Of a stretch of 64,000 nt of DNA, positions 12,969 through 26,200 are shown piece by piece. Below the pieces are notes generated by a model. That model saw only the letters and a program-made list of their open reading frames with translations. It made no database searches and had not been told where the DNA came from. This DNA comes from Balanoglossus misakiensis (lineage: Eukaryota; Animalia; Hemichordata). Position 1 is the stretch's first letter. Each line of letters begins with the position of its first letter. The position numbers and the translations under genes were made by a program. The stretch covers positions 3,045,154 through 3,109,153 of the forward strand of contig CM082598.2 in assembly GCA_040954595.2 (NCBI GenBank), read 5' to 3'.

Positions 12969-15308
12969 CATGTACCCTTGATAAGGGATCGGTCAGGTGA
13001 TCTGAGCTGCGGCCAGTGTTTAGAGATTAGAGATAAGGGAAGCTGTTCCATCATTGGAATGTCAATAAAGATTATTTGTGTGGCTAGGCGCACGGGACGG
13101 CCTCGGTTGCGGTAGAGTCACCAAACTGAACAGGACAAGAGCGTTGGGTTTTTGGAATCAAGCAATTATTGTTTTCATTAGGTTTGGGAGAAGTTTGGAT
13201 TACTCAAGTAATTGGGTGCATATATACATTTATCAGTTTAATTAAACAGCGATGCCAAGACGTTTGTATATGTCTTGAATGTTTCAAAGCTGGCTACCTA
13301 TACCGTCATCTCAAATGTACATTTGTGTGGGGAAAGTAGTTATGCAATTTGGGATGTGTGTGACGGCAGGTTCTGAGAAAAATGATGGCCAAATATCAGA
13401 AGATGATCTGATTATGCAGTCTTTCATTTGATAGGTTATCTGTGTCGGTGTGTTAGATCTGTTGCATCCTTTTGAGGTCTCCGCGCCCTAAGATTTCACA
13501 GTGGCGGATCTGTGCAATTTGTGTTTGAAGTCACTTCCCCCCAGTTTTTGACGGAAGACGAGAGTATGCAGTGTGACACATGAATGTGATTGTTATACAT
13601 CTGGAACCGAGAACGATAGAATTTTGCGTGAGCAAAAAACGCCGTAGATATGTCGACAGTTTAAAGGCGGCCAGCTAGCACTTTCACAGATGGTTACGCT
13701 GGATTTTCTGTGTGAGTCGGTGTTTTAGATCCATTGCATCTTACTGCGATAAGGTATACGTATACCAAGGAGATATGAAGGGAAAATATAATGTGATTAA
13801 GTAAGTTTAATTAAAACAGCGGCGCTTTTAATTTTGATAGAGAAGTATGGACAAAACAAGTTATGTGGACAGCATTGTGACGTTAAAGGGAATTGAATGA
13901 TGCATTAAAAATCTCAAAATCGGAAGTGGAAGTGGTGATTCCGACGATTTTGTTTCTTCCTGGCCTTATGATGACTCGAGTTTATGTTCGTAATCTTTCA
14001 GTCAGTGACGTTTGTTTCTGTAAATTGTAAACAGGAGCGAGCTCCACCTGGGCTACTAGTGACGTCACTGCCATTTCGTGACGTAACATACATATGTGTA
14101 GATGTAATGCTTTGATCAAAGTCATGGTTTTTACCGTCCACCGTCCGGTACGCAGGTCACGTGTCTGGCATGTCGTGACGTGGACAAAGTAAAAAATGTG
14201 ACAAAGTAACCAAATGTTCCTCTCGTGTGCGGGCGCTCTTGCGTACCAATGACGCTAAACACTTTTAATACTTCGGTACGACAGAATCAATGTAGGGTAT
14301 AGGTAGGGTACGGTACGGCGACTTCTTTTTACTTCGCAGAACGGCATTGTTATTCTGTCGCCTCAGAATACCGTACCGCGAAGTATGTACATTGTCTCGG
14401 TCTAAAGCTCAAACTGAAAGGAAGAAAGAAGGGCAGGGTCATAACCGCTTTGATGAAGTACGTTGGCCTTATGTTTCTTTACAATTACATGTATGTCCAA
14501 GTGTATCGACGAGGTTGAAAGGATACCGGGCGAAGATATTGTCAGGTCAAGAAGCAGGCGAAGACATTTTTCTATGGCGACCACCGGAGGATTTATGATA
14601 GCCCTACTGTGGTTAGGCACAATGTTTTAATCAGTGAATGTTGCTGCAGTATTAGTTCATTTAAATAAAAAATCAACCCAATTTAATCTCTAATATCAAA
14701 AGTTGCTACTCTCGTACACAAACGACCCACCCCTGCCGCATATGGTATCGTCCAAGCTGTCACGTACCAGTCCAAACTTGTGCCATCGATAGAACACTTT
14801 CTCAGGGTCCTAGCGAGAGAGGAGAAGTTTGTGGAATTTCGGCAGAAATTCTGAAAAGCATCCAGGTAAGGATAAATCGTTTTTGTAAATCAGATGATTT
14901 GATCGAATAATCGAAAATTTGGTACACATGGGTGAAAAGTTTTCACCAACGCATTTCTTTCTGTCGTTGCAGTTTATCTTGGAAGTGAAAGTTACATTTA
15001 ACTTCGACATATCGATGATGACCTGTTTAGAATAGCGTCAGCAAAACGTTGGCAAATGCCACAAACTCTTCCACGACACTGAACATCGAGACAAGATACA
15101 GAGATTCTTAAAAAGGGCGTAACAATAGTAATTTTCCGAACTGAACGAGACCCTTTTGAGATCGGGTGTGGCAAGGCCGGGATGACATTCTCGTGTAGCC
15201 TAGGACTAGGCTAATTCTCGTGTGACACGGAACAAATAACGGCACAAAAGTTACTATAGCTATTCTAATTGTACACAAACTTCTAATAGTTGGCAGGCAA
15301 CACACACC

Positions 15309-15528
15309 TTCCATCCCGCTTGTAGACACGAGAATAAAAAAAAACCTCGCCAATTAAAATGAATATCTCTACCATTTATTCGTTTTGGGCGAGTTTTTAC
15401 TCTCATATGATACAAGCAGGACGGAAGTTGATTGAACCATAACGTTTATTCACTACGTATACACATGTCTTGCATCAAACATAATTAATGGAAAAGGGGG
15501 CAGCGAGAGAGAGACTCTGTCCCTTTAA
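15309..15528 (-). mobile_element. Dispersed repeat with TTAA-AGGGACA terminus (Kolobok/T2-MITE-like), copy 1
   Basis: Reverse complement of the copy at 21141-21378 (TTAAAGGGACA.AGTCTCTCTCTCGCTGCCCC.TTT.CATTAATTATGTTTGAT.CAAGAC...). Confidence 0.7.
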
Positions 15529-15626
15529 ACAATCGAGACTGTCCCTTTAAACAATCGATTATTTTTCTTTTGACGCGCACACAGCGGAAGCATTGTTGGC
15601 CTGTAGCCTTGGATTTGACAGACAAG

Positions 15627-16055
15627 ATGAGGAGGACACTGGTTCTATTCCTCTGCGTGGCTTTAGTGGTGACTATTTTCACTTCCAACGTAGAGGGCTG
15701 GAGAAGACGCCGCAACGGATTGCGCAGTGACACAGCTGGTCAATCGGACACTAAGGCTGAAGTCATGAAGGAAATCCTGTAAGACTGTATGACTTTCTGA
15801 TGTGGTGTGGGGTGGTTTAGTTTGGTGTGGTGTGGTGTGGTGTGGTGTGGTGTGGTGTGGTGTGGTGTGGTGTGGTGTGGTGTGGTGTGGTGTGGCGTGG
15901 TGTGGTGATTCATAGTAAAGAATTTGGAACCTGAGTTTTTTTTTCTACTTTGTTTTAACAGGGTAGAGTTAGAAGATGAAATCAAAGAAATGGAAAAAGA
16001 GAATAAACGGAAGGAGAAAATATTAGCGCTGAAGGAAATCCTCGACGAGGAATAA
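15627..16055 (+). CDS. Small secreted peptide precursor (81 aa): signal peptide, WRRRR start, charged helical tail
   Basis: Exons 15627-15778 and 15962-16055 (GTAAG...ttttaacag, phase 2). Protein: MRRTLVLFLCVALVVTIFTSNVEG/WRRRRNGLRSDTAGQSDTKAEVMKEILVELEDEIKEMEKENKRKEKILALKEILDEE*. AATAAA lies at ~16332. Confidence 0.75.
15823..15907. repeat. (GGTGT)n pentanucleotide repeat in the intron of the small peptide gene
   Basis: Read directly. Confidence 0.95.
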
Positions 16056-16956
16056 CAGAGGCCAATTGTTGGATGGAACCGTTCACAACTTTTCCTATTG
16101 ATTGTCACGTACACAGTTTGACCATACTTAAATCAAACACTGTAGATCATGTATTAAAACAATAATTTTCAAAGATTTACACATCGGAATACTGGGTACC
16201 TTTAGCCTTTTCATACTAATATGGCTACCAGTTTGTATACCTATTGATATTTTTGTAATCTTCTGTAATTCAAGTATATGCACCCTGGGCTGAGTTTCAG
16301 GGACAATATTCGATATTTGCATATAACGTGAAATAAAACATGTATGTTTTATCAATACGATATATAGCGATATTCTCCTCTCTCTCGTACAGTGTATACG
16401 TCTTTATATCTGCTCTTTGGGCACGAAGAAATCTTGGAAATCTGAGAATCAAAAGTTGAGTAAGTTCAATTCAAAGACAGGTGGCCTGTCGCCGCTCAAT
16501 TCTGTTCCAGTTGCGGATGAGGCCATACCAGGCTGTTGAACTCAGCTTAAGCTTTGCCAGATCAAACAATAACATCCTCAATAATGACAATAACATATAA
16601 ATCATAATCATTTCGAGTGACCGAATAGTCGATCAAAAATTACTGATGAGAATAACAAATATATCATAGTCAAAACTATTGTTCTGTCATCATCTTTTAG
16701 GCTATGATGCTTGTAGTACGTGTAGGCCTACGGTGTTTATTCCTTTGTTTTTATGACGAATCAGCATATCGCGTGGAACTGGAATTTGCACTTTGATCGG
16801 CGGTTATTCGTCATTAATGGAGGTAATCTATGTTTACAATAAATCTTTTACCTGTCCGCATTTTCTATCGCGTCAGAGATTCGACGCATGGTCCATTGCC
16901 AACTCATATCATGTACAGAGCGCCCCCCACGAAAAGAAGCAAACTTTCTCCCACAG

Positions 16957-16964
16957 TATAAATA
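16957..16964 (+). promoter_or_regulatory. TATA box of PAH
   Basis: TATAAATA ~90 nt upstream of the candidate ATG at 17052. Confidence 0.55.
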
Positions 16965-17051
16965 AAGCACATGGTCACGTGAACTCCTCATCTTTGACTG
17001 AACGCCGACCGACGAGAAGTTACAAACACAGCTCCCAGGGAAGATTTGAAG

Positions 17052-20000
17052 ATGGACGCAGCATTCGCAAAGAAACGCAAGATCGATGAATGTTATGATG
17101 AGGTTCGTATGTAGCCGTCTTTCTTTTTAGTCGGAAAAGTTGTGAACTGGGATTCAGTGGTCCATATGCGTGAAATGTTGTGTAACCAACATCCATGTAC
17201 ATTTCTCGACACAGTAAACTGTGCAGACTACATTATTTCCAGATCGAACATTTTCGAACGTTTTCATCGTAATTTGTGACTGTTGAACATTTACCGTTTT
17301 GGGGCTGTTGTATATTGAGAATATATGCGTCTCTATGAGAATTTTAAGCGGGTACCGGTTTCTTTGCTAACAATCGACGCGTACCCTATTTACACGATTG
17401 TCTGACTGAAACTTGCAGACGATATCTTCGTTGCGTCAGCGTGTGTACACAACCGCTCAATTTTGACCCGTTTTTTTTGCTCCAAAACTTGATCTCATCG
17501 CGTTCCTAACCTTCTGTCGGTTTTCCTGCTGTTGTTCTGATGATTTTTTTGACAGAAAAGTAAAAAAGGCTTTGCAAAAGAAGCGTAGATTTGACATTTT
17601 ACTGGCCTTCGGTCAACATTCTAGGTGGCCGCGCGGACGCGTGCTTTGATCCGCCTGCGCACATAAACAAAACAGTGGGATTTTATCCTTGAAAAAAAAC
17701 GATTGTTGCGCGCAATTTGTCCTTCAAAATCGACCGATATCATTAACTCCATTGATCAGAAAACGTGTGCGGAGATGGTAGTTGCGTGTGTTTGAGCCGA
17801 GCCCGTACCGTGCCCCCAATTTTCACGCAAAGCTGCTGCGATTGGACAAAACTTTGGAGACGCCCACCACACACCCCAAAATCCACTCGACGCACTTGAG
17901 TAGAAAATAAAGTCGATGTATAAACGTGTCGCGGCTGTAATTTCTTTCCGTGTGTTCGGTCTGTTGTCTGTCTTTATTCTTTCTCTGGATTTAAAGCAAA
18001 GATTCTAAAAACATTCTCTGCCCCACTCCAACGACTAGTCCTGTATTTGTTTAAATGGTAAAGAAACACGTAAATAACACAGTCATTCAGAAATGAGCCC
18101 TAGTGATTATTCAGATAAAAACACGAAAGCGTATTTAAATCCTGAGCGAAAACAACACAAGTTTCTATAAACAAAAAGAAGATTATGTGGTGATAAGGTC
18201 GGGATGATAAGGGAAATAAACAATGAGTAAGAAGGAAGGTCAACAATTGAAGGAAGGTCGGTTTTGTAAAAAAAAAATAAGCTGACACATGGTTATTTGT
18301 TGGTGTGATATCTATTTGCTTATTTTCTTAACACGTTATGTTGTAATCTGCTTTTGATACCTACCACACATTGAAATTATCCCGACATGAGCCCCCCCCC
18401 CCCCGAGCTGAAGACAAAAACCCCACTGTGTGTTTCCTTGACTGCTTTCTGTCATGACCTAAATACATTGCAAGCCTGAAATTTAAACTAGTGGTGTCTA
18501 TGCTCCAGTTTAACCCACATAATTTTCCTCTACAGACCCAGAAATTAAAACTGTATTCTGTAACAATATACCTGAGCACTTATGCCCATAATCAATAGAA
18601 GTAGAAATTAATTCAATACTGCCTACTTGTTGTGAAAATCCATTTTTCCTGGTTGTAAAAAATGTAGTGTAATTCTAAAAAAGTTTTGAAAGAACTGGTG
18701 GTTATATGCAAATTCAGGTGAAGGTCACTTCAACCTGTTTATAGGCATAGCCTTTTTGTGTGTCAATGACTTCAACCATGCCATGGTGTAAATGGAGTTA
18801 TATTTACTTACCTAGACAAGTACATTTGTCACTAAAACAGGGTCAATGTCTTGCAAACCCATGTATACCAAAATCTTGTGTCTAACATTGGCAAAAATGA
18901 ACAGATTGTATACTATAAGTTGTAAAACGGGAAATATATAAAGAAGTAACTTTTAAGAGATGATCAATTTTCGCATTCTCGTATTTCGTGACATGATATT
19001 TGATTTCTTGAATATTTTTCGCTTGCCTATGATATTGCAGCAAGTCAGTCTCAGTCAGTCTTGGCTGTGTTCATACACATGTATGCACAGTTCGTTTGGT
19101 GAAAGTTAATTTTAACAAACCCAATATTGCTGTTGACTGTGGCCCAATTCTGCTGGCCTAGATACCTAAGGTCAAGGAAAGAGGGCCTTTATCATTGAAA
19201 TTGCATTGTGGCACTGTCCTAGATACCATGATACATTTAACTGCTCAGTTCATGCTGATTCAGTGATTGTAAAATTTTGTGGCATTAAACTTCGCTTCAA
19301 CTACTGTAAAACAATAAATTTTCACGAACTAGCGTGTCCGCTATGTTATAATTTATGGCATGGACAGATAGCGTCACTGCATGTTACCCTCCCCTGTAAT
19401 CGATGGCATTTTGATTGTTTTCAATTTACTGTGTGAGAATTTGGCCTAGGTAAGGTACGGTCATTGCTCTTTTACCCAGTTCTGAAGTGACGCTGATACA
19501 GACATCGCTGGATGATAGATGACTTGATCGACATGTATGCATAGTTTGCAGAACTTACTTTGTTTCCAACGTGACAGCATTGCGTTCTTATTTCAGTTCG
19601 AAGCCTGCTGTAGATGTATAGTGTGCTAACTTGCAGCGGTCTGATAAAGTGGGGTACTTGATCAGGCATTTGCAGTATTTTATTGGCAAATTAAAGGAGT
19701 ACTATCACTTCTAATTTACATATGCCCATATATGGTAAAAAGAGGGTGTGTCTAAATCTTCTCATGACCACGTGGTGGTGGCACAAATAAATTTCACTTA
19801 ACTTGGATAAATTTGTTAAATCTTATATCATAGTAATAGTTAGATATTGTGTAAATTTAAAGTAGAAACCTTGTATTGCTTGTGTGCTATTAAGGTGAAA
19901 AGCTGATTTCAAATGGTTTGTATTTTGTAAATTGCAGGGAAAATTTCTTACCCTTTAAACATTTGAAAAGACATATTTCCTACAAGCGTTTTCTTAACAG

Positions 20001-23000
20001 CAGGACAGGAATCATTGGTTTATTTTTATTTTTGCCTTATGTCGGCAAAGGGAATTTTATTTTGCTGACGTGACAAAATGTTTTCACCAGACATGGTAGT
20101 TGTGTGTTAAGTGCCTCTGTGTGCTAGCTGACCTACATACTGCAGAACAATCTTGCAAAATCAATATTATGCTTGTACCGTCATCTGAGTATCAGCGCGA
20201 TGAATTCATATGTAAATCATATGACAAATGTTGTTCGTAATTGGTATTTTATCGCGGCTACCTAGCCAAAACACTTGTGGAATCAAAGATAAACCTGGAG
20301 CATTGACGTCATTATGATAAAAATCTGGTTGTAATCCAAAGGTTTCGGTCTTAACCCTTTACCAGACCTAGATATAGTATTGTAAAAATGACATGAAGGG
20401 CTTATTCAGAAGGGTAGGGCCCTGGCTAGCTCTCATTTGCATCACAGTCTATTGGTGTCACTCCATCGAAACTTGTTATTCAGAAGAATGACCCAGGTGG
20501 CCAGTCAATAAATCATTCCTTGAGACTGGCACGTACACGTACGCACATACCACTGATCACGCACCGAATTTTGAGAACGGTCGCAAAAGTGCTGGATCAG
20601 TTGGAAACTCTGCATGTTAATAAAAACCATTGTTGGCCTTCTAAAACTCAACATTTTGAAATATAATACTAGTTAGTACATTACAAGTATGTACATGCAT
20701 TACATGACAACACTATACACTTATACTAAGTGATGTTTTTTGCTGTAATTGTTAAGTTCATTATTTCTACTTGCTATACCACATTTTCCCAAAGTATAAA
20801 ATACAAATAAAACTCCCTTATATTAAAACTTTCTTTATGTTAGTATAATGGTAGACGGTATAATATGACTGAGTGTATTCAGTTGTACCAGAGTACAAAA
20901 AATTATGCATGTCAGGGGAAAAAGACCCCTTGTATGTTTTAGGGTGTGGAGATTTTTCATTTGAAGAGATCATTGTTGAAGTCTATTCAACAAAATCAGG
21001 TTGCAATTTGCATATGTGTGCAGTTTATCAACAGAGCCCTTCGCTGTAATTTACATTTGTTCGTATTTATTAAAATTTCTTTATTTTTTGTCTCTGCCTT
21101 GGCTATGCATCATGTGTAGGCCTGTTCCATCCACATTGCATTAAAGGGACAAAGTCTCTCTCTCGCTGCCCCTTTTTCATTAATTATGTTTGATACAAGA
21201 CACCGTTTATGTTATTCTACATGTGGATGTATAGTAAATCAACGTTGGACCACACACCACTTCCATCCCGTTTGGAGGATATGAGAGTAAAAATCTCGCC
21301 AAAATGAATAAATGGTAGAGACTGATTATTCATTTTTGGCGAGTTTTTCACTCTCGTGTCTACAAGTGGGATGGAAGTTATAAGCTGGTAATGTTTAGAT
21401 GTAATTTGATTCCAAGACTTTCTCCAACAGAGAGTGTTTTTAATTTTATCCCAAGCTTTGGCTGGACCACCTGTTGTTGGAGCAGAGTTGTAAACTTCGA
21501 CAAAGATTTGAATTTTGGCTAATCTAAATATTACAAGGACGCACTCTGGGTCAAACTACTTAAGACTAATCAGACATTTTTCTGAACCTTTTGACTTGTT
21601 TATGGTCACATGGTAAAACTGTGACGTCAATGGATTCGATAAATTACAACAAATTTTGGCAGTCTACCAAAAAAAAAAAGCATTGTTAGCATATTATCAT
21701 GGACACATGTCAGTATAACGTTGAAGGAAAACGCGCAATGATGATAATTTATTGACGTTTTGATTTTACAAGAGCCAGCATTTTTTTCAGATTTTAAATT
21801 ACCAAAACGTTGTGATGTACGTTGCAGTTTTGCGCATTTCTGTCAAATGCTTCAATCACCAGTGAGAAATTCTGACTGCTGGACTGCATGTGGACCAGTA
21901 GAGATATTACCCTATCACCCTTGATCACCCTGAACTGAGGCAGGAAGGATAAAAATAAAATTAACACATATCAGAATCTTTAAATACGAGATTTTGTGCT
22001 TGTGACAGTGAATTTTGGGAAAAAAAGTGGAGCTGGGTCCATGGATGAGTGGGATGTGAAAAATAACCCTTTGAGAATACATGTAACTGTAGTCAAACCT
22101 GTCTGTAGTGGCCAGTCAAGGGACTTTCCTGAACTGGCAAAGACAGGTCAATTAATGTGCATGCATGCACAGGGACAAAGTGGTCACTATATAGCGGTGG
22201 CCACTAACACAGGTTTGACTATAGTTACCCCAACTTAGTCATACTTTGATGTGCAATTGACAGAATGTGTATTCTGTAATGAATGCCACTGTATTTGGCA
22301 ATAGCACACTGCCCTATAATTTCTATAGCAGCAGATTCCTTTGGGGAGGGGATATAAAAGGCCCTGAATGAACCGCGATTCAACGACTTGAATATGTTGC
22401 TTTGCCTGTCAGTTTTGCTCAGGGGGGATCGAGTGAATAAGGTAGTTGACCACAAACGACCTACTTCCAAGTAGAACAAAATGTGACCTCATTTAGGGAC
22501 ATCATGCAGACTGCAGTGTATGAGTGACTTTTTTCCGAAGTAGTTGCACTGGTCAAAGTGTCCGCAGATAAGGAGGAAGGACCATCAGTTTTAATTGGTC
22601 TGCGTCATCATAGGGTGAGGGGTGAACGTGATCGACTTTAAATCGCGATACAGAAAATCACCCCACTCAGGGTGCAAATGCGTCATCCCTCTGTTATTCC
22701 TTAATTTTTGGTGATAGCTTATATCAAGAACCTGAATTGGCACCATCACCAAATGTTATTTAGGTCAGTATTATTGCAATTAGCCTGATGATGAGAATGC
22801 AAAGATCACCTGGTTAGTTGATGATCGATATGCACATTGTGGGATGTTTAAAAATTTACCAAAAGAATGAGTGTCCTCAAACTTTGGCAGCCACTGTTTC
22901 TGACTTTTGGTCTGTGTTACCTTAGTCGTCCCAGGTTGGCCCATCTCAACAGCATAATACTCTAAACCAGACATCACCACAAACTGGAAAAATAATTCTG

Positions 23001-23226
23001 TAATCCCTTTGGTGTCTAGATTTAAAGTTCTTACAAGTGTGAGGCTATAAACTCAGATGCCAGCTTTTATCCTAATTCTCACTGAACCAAGGCAACCTCA
23101 GCTGGCTTGGACAAATATTTAACTTCATGTAATGCTCTACTGGCTACACTAATATGAGTTGTCTGGAACTTCTAGTAGAAGGTAAGGTTTGGGTCAGAGA
23201 CGGTCTTATCTCCTCTTTAGGCTTCA

Positions 23227-23292
<66 letters not shown>

Positions 23293-26200
23293 TATGCGCT
23301 CCGTTAGGTCTTCATTGTGCATGTACAGCAGAGTCTAACTTAGACTTAGCATAGCAGGGTAGGAACATGTATATTGTATGAGTCTTCTAGAAGGTAGGGT
23401 AAGGACGTTTGGGTCAGAGACGGTCAATATACATGTATGTCATCTTGGCTTCATTCATCATCATCATCTTTCACAACCTGGCATTTAGCATGTCTGCAGT
23501 CTATTGTAGAGTTAGCCGTCTTACACGACTGATCACCAGTGTTTGTGCATAGAGGAGGGAGTCTGGTTTGAGGTTGTGAACCACAGCTAAACGTCCACTC
23601 GTTTATCCTCAAGTCTCATTAAAGGGACACATTGGTTTGTTGCATTAAAGAGACTCAATGATCCAGGGTAATTTCAAAACAGCTCTGTGGTGTAATTTTT
23701 AGTATTGACCAAAAATAATGATATGAATATGCATGTGTTAAAATGTTAATGTACAGGATGTGAGTAATTAAGCTATTACAACTCACGATGGAGTTATTTT
23801 CGTTAGCAGCTAGAACAACATACTGAAAGAAACTAAAATTACAATCATGTAATTCAAAAAGTGGTGGGTGGTGTCTCCATAAAATACGATGAACTGAAAT
23901 TAAGTTTTCACAAGCTGTCATCTGTTGAGGAGTATGGCACAATTGAAAGTTCAGTATCGTATTCAGTAATTTAACCCTCAGTCACAGGCAATTTGATCCA
24001 ACAGAACGACAGACCCGGCAAATACCAGTCTATTGAAGCATTAGCTCCCTTTGACATTTTTTCGCATCAAAGCTCTGCATTTCAATGCAGTTTGAAAATA
24101 AAAGATGTTTACATTATGGAGTGCGCTTATGCAGGCAATAACCTGAGAGGTTTAACATTGCATGTAGGTCACCATATGTTGGATATATTCCAAACACACG
24201 CAGTTTATCATCAGTGTTTTTCTTTTACAGAAATTCTAAATCAGCCTTGAGATGTGTAATTCAAATACTAGGAGAATGCAGTCTCTGATATTCTACGTCC
24301 TGATAGATTCTCCTGGCGCCAGTAACTGCTGGTTATCTGTGTTGTAATAGGATATAGATTAGGTCTAGTACATTTGGACATTTTTTTCACCTTCCACACC
24401 AATAATTGGTGTGGTGTGGTATGGTGTGGTGTAACTATCTTCTATATACTAAACAAGCTGATTCATCACGTCTATATTTGGAAACACACAATCTGGATGG
24501 ACATTTCATCTGATCAACCTCGCGTAATCCCATTGAAATCAGAAGGATTGTTGGAGCAATCTTTGACGTGTTTCAATGTTGTTGCTGTTACTATTTGTCA
24601 ACGATCCGATTGTTTACTGATCTCACATGATAATTATCAAAACAACTGATAAATATTAGTAAAAAGCATTTTAGTTCCATACAATCGCCATAAATGTTCA
24701 CTGATGAAACGCTAAACTTTTCTATTAGGCACATGTGAGAATTGAAATAGGTGATGTGGTTTTTTCATCATATTTCTTGGTATGGCCTATCTGCACTACC
24801 AACATGGAGTGTAGATTAACATGTTAATATTTGGTGACATAACTTCTGTTGTGTAGTAAATAAGTTGTGTATAAACATGGTAGGGTTTGAACAGGTCAAC
24901 AACTGGCAATTTTAGTGTGCATTGGTCAACCAAACAGCATTCATAACTTGTGTATGCGTACACTAAACGTAACCCTTGTCTGTTTTGTCTTAGGTGATAG
25001 CTAGAACAGCACGTGCCTGATAGTGATAGCCTCAAGGATGAGAGGTTTAAATGATATCAATGCTAACTATAAACACAAACAGATAAAACTAGTGCAGTCA
25101 CGTGTAGATTGATAATTGTTACGTGTGGGTGTTTCAAATACTCTTGTGATGGCAACATGATGTCAACATCAGCTGTTGTGCATTTATTTTAAGATATTAA
25201 ATTTGTGAGCAAATCTTACATCAATGAGTTCATGGTTTATTCACAGGCAATTAGGAATTATTTATCACTATTTTAAGATATTACATTTGCGAGCAAGGCT
25301 ATAGTTTCGGGTGTAATACTTTGGATTGAGGAAGCATGAATGCCTGTGATAATTTGGGTTTATACAAGTTATATGATATTATACCACATAGTGTGTGGCA
25401 AACATTTGTCTGACAGCTAGAGACTAGAGTTGAAATTTGGTTTTAGTGCCACAGTGTGCATATAACTGTCTGTCTCTTGTTGCACTCATTATGACCTGTC
25501 TTACATAACTGGTTTCTCTTTTGGTGAACAGGGCCGAATTGTATTGATAAACAAATGATGTATACTGTACATTTCATTGAGTACTTATCCAATAATTACC
25601 AGTGTATTGTAAGTACAGGGGTCAGTGAACCGAAAATTGTGCAATTACAACATGCAGTGACACAATGTGAGACTGTACTTGTGTTGTTGACAGTTTTCAT
25701 AATGAATAAAATATCACTGAAACTTGGCGTTGGCTAATTTTCAGAGATCAGGGGGTTCCTAAGTCACTGCGTCTCAGCTATTTAAGTGAAACGCCAGAGT
25801 TCAGACAACAGATGTTAGGCCTGCTGTTTGGCATGCTGTGTGTGTTGGCAAGCAGAATAGTTGGTAGTTTGAAACCCTATAGCTGCCACTCTTTTCATTA
25901 TTTTCATGGTTTTATTTCCAAATTAAGATTGATCCATTTGAATAAACTTAAATCAACTTCAGATTGTGGCTGTAGGTTTGTGAAAAAAAAATAATAATAA
26001 ACAGATGATTCACTCATGCATTTATGTGAGGTTTGTTTCATGGGCAAATGATAAATTCTTTTTATTAGGAAAAAAACTTCGTCACATAAACCTATTTGAA
26101 GAAAAACATACATTTCAAAATCACCTATTGACATCATGTACTTGTGTTCTTTGTAGGGTTTCCAATCCTCCTACATTCCTGGAGGAAATAATGGTGAAAC

